The notes under the pieces were generated by a model. The model did not search any database, was not told the origin of the DNA, and saw only the letters and a program-made list of their open reading frames with translations. The position numbers and the translations under genes were made by a program. Positions 1-8,368 of a stretch of 32,000 bases of DNA are shown here, piece by piece. The DNA is from Psychrobacter sp. HD31 (GTDB lineage: Bacteria; Pseudomonadota; Gammaproteobacteria; Pseudomonadales; Moraxellaceae): NCBI RefSeq assembly GCF_051097895.1, contig NZ_CP142525.1, positions 2,100,001 to 2,132,000 of the forward strand, in the 5' to 3' direction. Each line of letters starts with the position of its first letter. Positions within the stretch are counted from its first letter, which is position 1.

Positions 1-2271
1 TGTACCTATTGCAAAAATCAATTTCTAAGCCACCTATGCGGTGGTTAACTTGTCTGCTGCTGTAACGCCTTTAACCATTGCTTTCTAAGCCACCTGTGCG
101 GTGGTGAACGTGAAATTTACACACAAAAAAACGCCAATTAATTTCTAAGCCACCTGTGCGGTGGTGAACAAACAATTATCCTAAACTGCTTCTCGTGCTT
201 GTTTCTAAGCCACCTGTGCGGTGGTGAACACGGCTATAATTCAGCCCATATTCATGCTAGTTTTCTAAGCCACCTGTGCGGTGGTGAACAAAAATAAACT
301 TTTTGTTTGTTTTTAGACAGTTTTTCTAAGCCACCTATGCGGTGGTGAACGAGCCGCTTGAGTTGCTGGCGTTACAGTTTGCTTTCTAAGCCACCTATGC
401 GGTGGTGAACCTGTATTTGTCTTGCAACTGCTTGTAAGCTTTGTTTCTAAGCCACCTATGCGGTGGTGAACTCACCGAATTTTGGCTTAACAGGTTCGTT
501 ATTTTTCTAAGCCACCTATGCGGTGGTGAACGCTATCTTCACGGTCTGAGGTTGCCATTTGATTTTCTAAGCCACCTATGCGGTGGTGAACCCATATTTG
601 CTTGCGATGCTCATCACTTTGTTTTTCTAAGCCACCTATGCGGTGGTGAACCAGTGTCGCCAGCATCTCGGCAATCTCTTCGATTTCTAAGCCACCTATG
701 CGGTGGTGAACGTACAATAGAACCCATTGCATACTAAGGCATATTTCTAAGCCACCTATGCGGTGGTGAACACTAACAGGCTTGAAAGTTGAGTCTTTAG
801 ATTTTTCTAAGCCACCTATGCGGTGGTGAACGTTTATTTTAGGTTATGTTAAATTATGTGAGATTTCTAAGCCACCTATGCGGTGGTGAACGAGTTGCAT
901 TACAAGAAGCAGGTTATGAATTTTTTCTAAGCCACCTATGCGGTGGTGAACTTAAAGGTAGAAGTTTTAAAAAGCACCTACGTTTTCTAAGCCACCTATG
1001 CGGTGGTGAACTTCCTTTTTCTGTGTACTTGCTTGATGTGTTGTTTCTAAGCCACCTATGCGGTGGTGAACTGGTACTGATTACGAATATCGTCACGTTC
1101 ACTTTTCTAAGCCACCTATGCGGTGGTGAACGGGCGGTGCTGCCGCTACTTATGCAGGGGTAATTTCTAAGCCACCTATGCGGTGGTGAACAGTTGCACT
1201 CTGTATTGTTGTATTGCCATATTTTTCTAAGCCACCTATGCGGTGGTGAACCGCAAAGCGCAGCCGGCAGGGTGTTTACTAAATTTCTAAGCCACCTATG
1301 CGGTGGTGAACTGCAACTTAGTTAAAAAGCCATCTGATGGTAATTTCTAAGCCACCTATGCGGTGGTGAACGCTTTAATCGCTCAGCGATTTTGTCAGCT
1401 TCATTTCTAAGCCACCTATGCGGTGGTGAACGAATTATGGACGCAATGGCGCAGCGTCTTGGTTTTCTAAGCCACCTATGCGGTGGTGAACTGTGTGATT
1501 TTAACCAGATATCGAACTCCACATTTCTAAGCCACCTATGCGGTGGTGAACGAGGATTGTGTCTACATTGCGGAATAAACACATTTCTAAGCCACCTATG
1601 CGGTGGTGAACAAAATCCTCTAACGCTTGCTTAATGACAGACTTTTCTAAGCCACCTATGCGGTGGTGAACATACCGTTGGATTGTAAGGCTTCGGAGGT
1701 TCTTTTCTAAGCCACCTATGCGGTGGTGAACTTCTCCAATATTGATAGTCCAGTGCTGGTCATTTTCTAAGCCACCTATGCGGTGGTGAACTACGCCTTA
1801 ACAGGCAAAGAATTAACGATAGGTTTCTAAGCCACCTATGCGGTGGTGAACCACTCAATCACGACATGAAACAATCGTTACTATTTCTAAGCCACCTATG
1901 CGGTGGTGAACGAGAAGACACTATCCACAGGAAGAATTCATCATTTCTAAGCCACCTATGCGGTGGTGAACTTTCTATTTCTCTCGCTTTCTCGAAATAT
2001 TCATTTCTAAGCCACCTATGCGGTGGTGAACGGCACGTTTACCATCCTCCGAAATTGAGTATTTTTCTAAGCCACCTATGCGGTGGTGAACTCTATGCGA
2101 TTGACTTGCAAGCTTGCATTGATTTTCTAAGCCACCTATGCGGTGGTGAACCCAAGCGACCAAGGTGTGCTGGGTGAGATGTTTTTCTAAGCCACCTATG
2201 CGGTGGTGAACTAGAAGTTCAAAATCGCATTAATGAGTTACAATTTCTAAGCCACCTATGCGGTGGTGAAC
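1..2271 (-). CRISPR. Type I-F CRISPR array. 38 repeats of 28 bp are visible and the array is truncated at the left window edge. There are 37 complete spacers (35 of 32 bp, 2 of 33 bp) plus a partial spacer at 1-21.
   Basis: The plus-strand unit TTTCTAAGCCACCTATGCGGTGGTGAAC recurs with a 60-61 bp period. The first copy is at 22-49 and the last at 2244-2271. Its reverse complement, GTTCACCACCGCATAGGTGGCTTAGAAA, has the I-F consensus ends (GTTCAC...TTAGAAA) and a 5-bp stem CCACC/GGTGG. The AT-rich leader and cas6f lie at the 2271 end, and the variant repeats lie at the far end. Confidence 0.98.
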
Positions 2272-2474
2272 TGGAATAATACAACAAAGAAACAAGTTAT
2301 AGCAATATGTTGAGGGTAAAAATGATGTTTTACCCTTGTGTTTTTAGCACAAACATAACTTGTTGATATTTAATTAAGTTTTTAAAGAGTGAAAAAAGAA
2401 GGTGTTTTTTGCAAAACTACCTCCTTTTACTCATATTTTCATCAAATTATGAGTTGTCATTAGCAAATTATGAT
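2272..2474 (-). promoter_or_regulatory. CRISPR leader, an AT-rich region between cas6f and the first repeat. It presumably carries the array promoter and integration signals.
   Basis: It is a non-coding, AT-rich 203-bp interval directly abutting the leader-proximal repeat. It contains nested inverted repeats at 2291-2300/2355-2364 and 2313-2321/2328-2336. No promoter hexamers were confidently assigned. Confidence 0.7.
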
Positions 2475-3125
2475 TTACCAATGCGGTACAGTGACGGATG
2501 TTTGGTTGGTATTTAAGCCATAGGTGTTAAATGACCCTATAGATGCTTCGTCCACAAGCGTTTGTTTGATGGATAATTTAAAGTTTTGCCCATTATCAAT
2601 GCTTTTTAAGTTAATAAATGGGTAGTTTTTACGTCCAGACTGCTTGTGTTGTTTACAATGCTCTATCGCTTCGCTTTCACTAACTTCTCTGCCTTGTTGC
2701 TTGCTATGAGCCAGATAGTTTGCCACTTGTTTATTTAGTGGTGTGTGCCGATAGCGAGAAACAACAAGGTAACTATCCACATTTTCAGGAACTAAGCGAA
2801 CTGATTTGGTATGAAAATAATCATCGGCATTATCTTCATAGTCTTGTCTTTGGTTTAATTCAAGAACTTTGGTATTGATATCTAATAATTCCAGTGTTTC
2901 TTTTATATCTGAAAAAATTCTCAATTTATTGCCCAAAAATGAAAACTCTTTACCATTCTCTTTTTGCTCGTATTTATAATTGGGAAAACTCACACCCACA
3001 TTTTCTAGACCATGGGTGTTTTTTAACTCAACTAGGGCAATGTGTAGCTGGGTGTATAAATCAGACCAAAGTTGATACAGTGATTTATCGCCATCGATAA
3101 GCGTTATTTCTTGATAATACTTCAT
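2475..3125 (-). CDS. cas6f: Cas6f (Csy4-family) crRNA endoribonuclease
   Basis: It is the last gene of the cas operon, adjacent to the leader, as in I-F loci. The N-terminus MKYYQEITLI...LYTQLHIALVE resembles the Csy4 N-terminus (MDHYLDIRL...GKLHQALV). An AGGAG RBS lies 6 nt upstream. At 216 aa it is somewhat longer than canonical Csy4. Confidence 0.8.
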   Translation of the reverse strand: MKYYQEITLIDGDKSLYQLWSDLYTQLHIALVELKNTHGLENVGVSFPNYKYEQKENGKEFSFLGNKLRIFSDIKETLELLDINTKVLELNQRQDYEDNADDYFHTKSVRLVPENVDSYLVVSRYRHTPLNKQVANYLAHSKQQGREVSESEAIEHCKQHKQSGRKNYPFINLKSIDNGQNFKLSIKQTLVDEASIGSFNTYGLNTNQTSVTVPHW

Positions 3126-3134
3126 GTTTTGCTC

Positions 3135-4247
3135 CTAGCGTAATTTGATATCAAACACATAGGCTAAGCCTTTTTTACCCAAATAAAATGACGATACGCC
3201 AGCTGATTCAATTTTATTTTTAAGGTCTTTAGCTTGTTCTTTGTCAATTTTTAGTTCGATTTCTATTCTTCCGTTAGCTTTTGTAAGTGTATAAGGCGTA
3301 TGTGTTGTTTTCTTTTTACCTCCTGCAAGAGTATTCAAAAAATCTCGTGTTCCGTTATAATTTCGTTTTGAAAACCCTTTAATCGTTCCCTTATCAGATG
3401 CAAGACTTGTTATATCCATCCCATATTTTTTCATTTCTTCAAGCATTACATATAAACCACCAGCATATAAACTCATGGGATAAGTGTTACCTTTTTTATC
3501 ATAATAATCTTGATCTTCAAATCTAGCCTGTAAGCATTCGATAGCCTCTCTAATACGTTTCTCGTGATGTGCTAAATCTGGTTTATTTGATTCAATCACA
3601 AGGTTTTCAATTTTCGCCTTATAGCTTTCAACACGTTTTGAACTAGGTTTCTCTTTCAATAACTCTTTATCTAAACCTTCCTGTTCTTTTTGAATTTTAT
3701 TTTGAAAAAATTCAATTTTATCCATCGTTGATAAATCATGAACAACTCTGTTTAAAATATTTCTTGGAGAAACTGTTGTTGTTACCTTACTAACTTTCGG
3801 GTTGATAATAAAACTTAGAAGCTCTTCAAAACTAAAATTTAATACTGACCATAGAGTTGCTGAGTTTTCAGAAAAAAACAGGGGTTCATCATCAGGTATC
3901 ACTCCTAAAAAACTGCTTTGAGGCGGTCTGTTTTCTGATTTATTAACCAAAAATGTCGTCTCATTCCATTCTGTATACTTAGATTCGATTTCTTTATGAC
4001 AAATAATCATGTCTTTAAAATAAAAATCATCACTTTGTTTTGCTTGATATAACTTTCTTTGGTCACCTATTAGTCGACAAAGAACGCCTAGTACAGTATT
4101 GTCTGTTATTTTTCTAATATCTAAAGGCTCACTAGATTTGCTTGAGGCTTTAAATTTTCTAATATTTTCCTTGCTAACAGGTTTGTCATTAGAGCCTGTT
4201 AATACTGAGTTACGCCAAGAAGATTCATAATCTATAATAATCCTCAT
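3135..4247 (-). CDS. cas5f2: Cas5fv (Cas5f2), the Cas5-like subunit of the minimal I-F2 Cascade that replaces the Cas8f large-subunit function
   Basis: It is the second of only two genes between cas2-3 and cas6f, which is the position of Cas5fv in Shewanella putrefaciens CN-32 type I-Fv. A GGGAGAG RBS lies inside the end of the upstream gene, with a 3-nt intergenic gap. The assignment rests on synteny and size, not on an alignment. Confidence 0.65.
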   Translation of the reverse strand: MRIIIDYESSWRNSVLTGSNDKPVSKENIRKFKASSKSSEPLDIRKITDNTVLGVLCRLIGDQRKLYQAKQSDDFYFKDMIICHKEIESKYTEWNETTFLVNKSENRPPQSSFLGVIPDDEPLFFSENSATLWSVLNFSFEELLSFIINPKVSKVTTTVSPRNILNRVVHDLSTMDKIEFFQNKIQKEQEGLDKELLKEKPSSKRVESYKAKIENLVIESNKPDLAHHEKRIREAIECLQARFEDQDYYDKKGNTYPMSLYAGGLYVMLEEMKKYGMDITSLASDKGTIKGFSKRNYNGTRDFLNTLAGGKKKTTHTPYTLTKANGRIEIELKIDKEQAKDLKNKIESAGVSSFYLGKKGLAYVFDIKLR

Positions 4248-4250
4248 AAA

Positions 4251-5267
4251 TTACTCTCCCTTTTCAAAGTAAATGGCATAATCCTCATCCTCTGTTTTTG
4301 TTGTGTTTGTTTGATGGTTGCCTGTTTTGATACGGAACATATCTTTTGGGTTGCTAAAGTCGTTATAGTCGACTTCCACATTTTCAACATACATAAAACC
4401 TTTTGCCTGATTAAATCCTAGATTTTCAATCATTGATATCATTTGTTGAACCAGTGCGTTTATAGCATTGCCATTTAACAAAATACCTTTTTGTCCTTCG
4501 GCAAAAATAGTGCCTTTTCTTTTCCAGTTTTTATGATATTCAGCTTTAATTTCTCCTTTAGCAAACTCAAGTGATTTAATATAACTCTCAAGTTTAGTTG
4601 CTAGTTCTTTTCCTTCTTTATCGGTTGTAATTATCATCGCTTCTTGACCATTGGCATTTGAAAGAGAAATAAATTGAAGCTGTTCAATATTTATTGAACC
4701 ATAAGCCTCATATTTTGTATCTCCAAAGGTTGTTTTTGAAAACAAGGAGTTACTTGCTTCGCCACCAGATTTGGTTTTCTGTTTTTCTTTGTTACCAGAA
4801 CGTCCCATTTGCTCAAAATTGCCTTTTTTATCTTTTTCGGTAAAGTCTGTTAAAAGCAATGGACTAGTGCGTTTATTTTCATTTTTAGGTATCACGTAGC
4901 CACGAAGTAAGCCAGTCATAGAACACAAAACAGCATCAACATTTTCATGAATTTTTGGATGTTGCCAGTCTATTACTTCTTCTTTAAACAAATGGTATCT
5001 AATACAGTTTTGGCTTATATAAAGTGGTGTCTCATCAAAATCCACTTCACTGGCTTCCTTTAAAACTTCAAACGTCTCCCCTTTGTCGTTTTCGATTTGT
5101 TTTTTATTTGTATAACCACGAAGTTTAGGCATATTATGATTATTTGTTTTTTTCCATTTACCATCAATCAGTGTGTTTAATTCGGTAGAACCATTCCAAT
5201 TCACCACACCATGCCCGTAGGCCGTAATTTTAAAATCAACACTTTTAATACCTGTTACTTTTTTCAT
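4251..5267 (-). CDS. cas7f2: Cas7fv (Cas7f2), the backbone subunit of the I-F2 Cascade
   Basis: It is the first gene after cas2-3. The N-terminus MKKVTGIKSVDFKITAYGHGVVNWNG closely matches my recollection of the S. putrefaciens Cas7fv N-terminus. An AAGGAG RBS lies 7 nt upstream. Confidence 0.7.
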   Translation of the reverse strand: MKKVTGIKSVDFKITAYGHGVVNWNGSTELNTLIDGKWKKTNNHNMPKLRGYTNKKQIENDKGETFEVLKEASEVDFDETPLYISQNCIRYHLFKEEVIDWQHPKIHENVDAVLCSMTGLLRGYVIPKNENKRTSPLLLTDFTEKDKKGNFEQMGRSGNKEKQKTKSGGEASNSLFSKTTFGDTKYEAYGSINIEQLQFISLSNANGQEAMIITTDKEGKELATKLESYIKSLEFAKGEIKAEYHKNWKRKGTIFAEGQKGILLNGNAINALVQQMISMIENLGFNQAKGFMYVENVEVDYNDFSNPKDMFRIKTGNHQTNTTKTEDEDYAIYFEKGE

Positions 5268-5344
5268 TGTCTTGCTCCTTGGTTATTAATTGCTTTTAAT
5301 AGCAATAATTTCGATATGAACCATCATATCAGTTCATCTGTGAT

Positions 5345-8300
5345 TTAGTCAGAATCACAAGCTTGTGTTTGCAAGTTATTGATTTGCATACTTCCCACAG
5401 GTTGTTTTTCTGTTTGTATATAATAAATGGCGTGTTTATGTCGTTCACGTTCGCCACCAATAGGTTCTAAGTCTTTCTGCGTATAACTCACATAAATGGG
5501 ATACTCTGGCGAGCGTGATTCAGCCAATAGCATAAAATCTTTATGGGCTTTTTTAACACCTTGGTCTTTTTTGATGTTGTGATGTTTAGCATGCATAAAG
5601 GCAAGTAAGTTTTTACTACTGTCATCATAGCCTGTAATTTTATTGACCGATTCCGTTAGCCCAATTGATACCTGAGTATGGTCTGTGTCTTCATCATAGG
5701 CATATTCATCGATAAATGTGGGATTAAGCTGTGAATCGACATTACACACCGCCATCTGTACATAACGGTTATTGCCTCGTAATGAATTTTTAGAAATTTT
5801 AGCAACGCTGTCTGTTTTACGTTTTGATTTTGGTGGAATGCTTATTGGGTCTATTATTTTATCTAAAATAAGACGTAGGCTCTCTTTTAGGGCTTTTTCC
5901 ATATCTTGCTGAATGCTTTCGTTACATTGAGGGTCATCATAAAAGTTCTGATATAACTGATATAAATCGTTAATCTTTAAAACATTGTTATCTTCAATTT
6001 CATTTTTTAAGTAATTAAGCCATGCGTGAGTACTTTGCCATACTGACATGCTTGCTAAAAATTTAGCTTGCGAGCATGTTTGTTTGCCATTTTCACTACT
6101 TTCAGGAAATATGGTGGTATATGTGTTGACATGGTTATTGTCATCAAATCTATCCAAACGCCCTAAACGTTGTAACCAATTTTCTGGACTAGTCATATCA
6201 GTAAACATACATTCACAGCTAATATTTAACGATGCTTGTACAATAGGACCACTGCGTAAGACTTGATAGTTTTTATTGCCATCACGTTTGAACGATTCAA
6301 ACACTCGGTTAAACCACTTACTTTTATCCTCTTTAGTATATTTTGAATGCAATAAAATATTATTTTCTGTGTTTTGATGTTTTAAAAATCCTAGCTGTGC
6401 ATCTTGTGCTGTATTGGTAATAACAAAAGTGGTTTTATTATCAGTAATGGTATTTTCAATCAGAGGATTTGGCTCTGGATTGTTTTTATCTGAATCGTTA
6501 TAGCTTATAAATTCAATTTTATAATCGGCTTGGTTAAAGCTTTCTATACGGATAATGGAATTTTTATCAATGGTTAATACATTCTCTACAAAGAAATTAT
6601 GTGGTGTTGCGGATACCAATAAAGTATTTGCTTGATGCTTACGTAATTTTTTGGCTTCTATAAGCTCGGCAAATAACAAGTTAAACGCAGGCATAGGAAT
6701 AAGCTCATGAAACTCATCAAACACTACATGAGCTTGCATAAAAGTAACCATAGCTGTCACTTTGCTATGTGAGATGATGTTATTAATAACTTGGTCAATG
6801 GTAGTAATAACGATATCACCACTGAAATAATCACTTTCATCGGTATCCGACGCTTCATCTAATGTCTGTCCGTTACTCAGAATTTTTTTAAATTCACCTG
6901 TAAATATTTCGACTTTGCTGTTAGGCAGATATTCTGCTTGAGTTAAGTCATTGAGCAACCCTAAACAAACTTGCACACGAGGGCACACCCAAATAATTTT
7001 TTTGGCATCCGTTTTACTTGCCCATTCAATAGCAATTTTGGTCTTACCACACCCCGCAGGACCTTGGAGAACTCCAATGTTGTGACTGTCTTCAAATTCA
7101 GCCACCTCTATCAATTCTACCAGCTCATGAGAGGCATTTGTTTGTGATGTATTTCTCTCACTATTTGGATAGCGGTTTTGAAAACCTTGTAAGCATTGAT
7201 TAACTTCCGTTTGCAATGTACTGTCTTCAAGTATGATACTGTCTAATGCTTGTTTCAACGTACCTTCATTAATATGGGCGTTTAAATCTTCAACAGGCAT
7301 TGCAGAGACAATTCTATCTGCACTAATAACAGCTGTCCTAACTAAGCTATTAAGAGCATTCGGTTTGATATCTTTTACAAACTCCTCAATGTCTTCCGCT
7401 AGTTCATCATAATTTTTATAGTTAGGTAAGTCATCTTTATTTAGAGAGAAGCCACATTGCCATTTTGGTAAGGTAATCGTATTATCAGCAAAATTTTCAC
7501 TTATTTTTTTTACATCTTGTAGCACTGCATCAACTTGAATAATAACTTTTTCAAGCGTGGTATCCTTTAATGATTTATTAAATAGTTTGTGAATGCCTTT
7601 TGCTGATTGAAAAAATTTATCATCTTTACGATACGGCTTTGTATGATGCCAATAGATACCATGAAATATTTGTTCAACTTGTTCACTATTCAACTCATCT
7701 GTTATTAACATAGACTTAGTTAAAAGCCATGAAATTTCTTGATGTCTTGGATGTTTTTCAAATGTAAATTTAGTATGACCACGCACTGAACTGTCAATAT
7801 GTACACCGTCATCAGGTAATTCAGGTAAAGCAAGCTCATCGATTTGTGGGTTTTTGTTGATTTTATCATTTAACCATTGTTGAAACTGTGGGTCTAATTT
7901 TCCAATGTCATGAAAAATACCAGCAATAAAAACTGTTTGGCATAGCTTAGGGCTATCAACTTTCATTATTTTTAATAAATTAACTGCTAAAAACCCTACT
8001 GCAAATAAATGATGGCTTAATGATTGTCCATTTGTATTGGCTAATATGTTTTTTGTTTCTATTTCTATATCCATAAATACCTCTTTATTTGTCCAATTAA
8101 CAGGCACTACACCAGCCTCATTAAATTTCTGCTTACGCCCCACTATCCATACTAGCTCAGTTCGATGACGTGTGCGTACACGATGGCAACTAACCGCAGT
8201 AGAGCGGCTGGCAGTATCGTTAAGTAATCTTTTAACCGTGTTTAATCCTTCTTCCGTAATTGCCGTTTGCCAGACGTTATCACCAATACGATTAGCGAAT

Positions 8301-8368
8301 GCATCCAGCACACGACGAGTACGTTTAAGAGCACTTTTTTCGCATTGGGAGATAAAGGTAACTATCAT
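5345..8368 (-). CDS. cas2-3: Cas2-3 fusion (Cas2 domain, HD nuclease and SF2 helicase), the hallmark of type I-F
   Basis: The protein is 1007 aa. It has an N-terminal Cas2-like domain of about 95 aa, the HD motif GIFHDIGKLD, Walker A GPAGCGKTK and the DExH box DEFHEL. Its start overlaps the cas1 stop in an ATGA junction at 8365-8368. Confidence 0.92.
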   Translation of the reverse strand: MIVTFISQCEKSALKRTRRVLDAFANRIGDNVWQTAITEEGLNTVKRLLNDTASRSTAVSCHRVRTRHRTELVWIVGRKQKFNEAGVVPVNWTNKEVFMDIEIETKNILANTNGQSLSHHLFAVGFLAVNLLKIMKVDSPKLCQTVFIAGIFHDIGKLDPQFQQWLNDKINKNPQIDELALPELPDDGVHIDSSVRGHTKFTFEKHPRHQEISWLLTKSMLITDELNSEQVEQIFHGIYWHHTKPYRKDDKFFQSAKGIHKLFNKSLKDTTLEKVIIQVDAVLQDVKKISENFADNTITLPKWQCGFSLNKDDLPNYKNYDELAEDIEEFVKDIKPNALNSLVRTAVISADRIVSAMPVEDLNAHINEGTLKQALDSIILEDSTLQTEVNQCLQGFQNRYPNSERNTSQTNASHELVELIEVAEFEDSHNIGVLQGPAGCGKTKIAIEWASKTDAKKIIWVCPRVQVCLGLLNDLTQAEYLPNSKVEIFTGEFKKILSNGQTLDEASDTDESDYFSGDIVITTIDQVINNIISHSKVTAMVTFMQAHVVFDEFHELIPMPAFNLLFAELIEAKKLRKHQANTLLVSATPHNFFVENVLTIDKNSIIRIESFNQADYKIEFISYNDSDKNNPEPNPLIENTITDNKTTFVITNTAQDAQLGFLKHQNTENNILLHSKYTKEDKSKWFNRVFESFKRDGNKNYQVLRSGPIVQASLNISCECMFTDMTSPENWLQRLGRLDRFDDNNHVNTYTTIFPESSENGKQTCSQAKFLASMSVWQSTHAWLNYLKNEIEDNNVLKINDLYQLYQNFYDDPQCNESIQQDMEKALKESLRLILDKIIDPISIPPKSKRKTDSVAKISKNSLRGNNRYVQMAVCNVDSQLNPTFIDEYAYDEDTDHTQVSIGLTESVNKITGYDDSSKNLLAFMHAKHHNIKKDQGVKKAHKDFMLLAESRSPEYPIYVSYTQKDLEPIGGERERHKHAIYYIQTEKQPVGSMQINNLQTQACDSD

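Noticed and set aside
472-1823. Spacers at 472-503 and 1792-1823 share the 9-mer CTTAACAGG, which might indicate a common target
   Set aside because: The flanking bases diverge immediately. A single shared 9-mer among 37 spacers is compatible with chance.
441-2177. ORF-track proteins of 62-105 aa on both strands inside the array (441-737, 499-732, 846-1163, 914-1102, 1322-1582, 1392-1634, 1866-2177, 1975-2163). They carry reiterated FLSHLCGGE or SPPHRWLRN/VHHRIGGLE motifs.
   Set aside because: The repeated peptide motifs are simply translations of the 28-bp CRISPR repeat every 60 nt, a period that preserves the reading frame. These are array artefacts, not genes.
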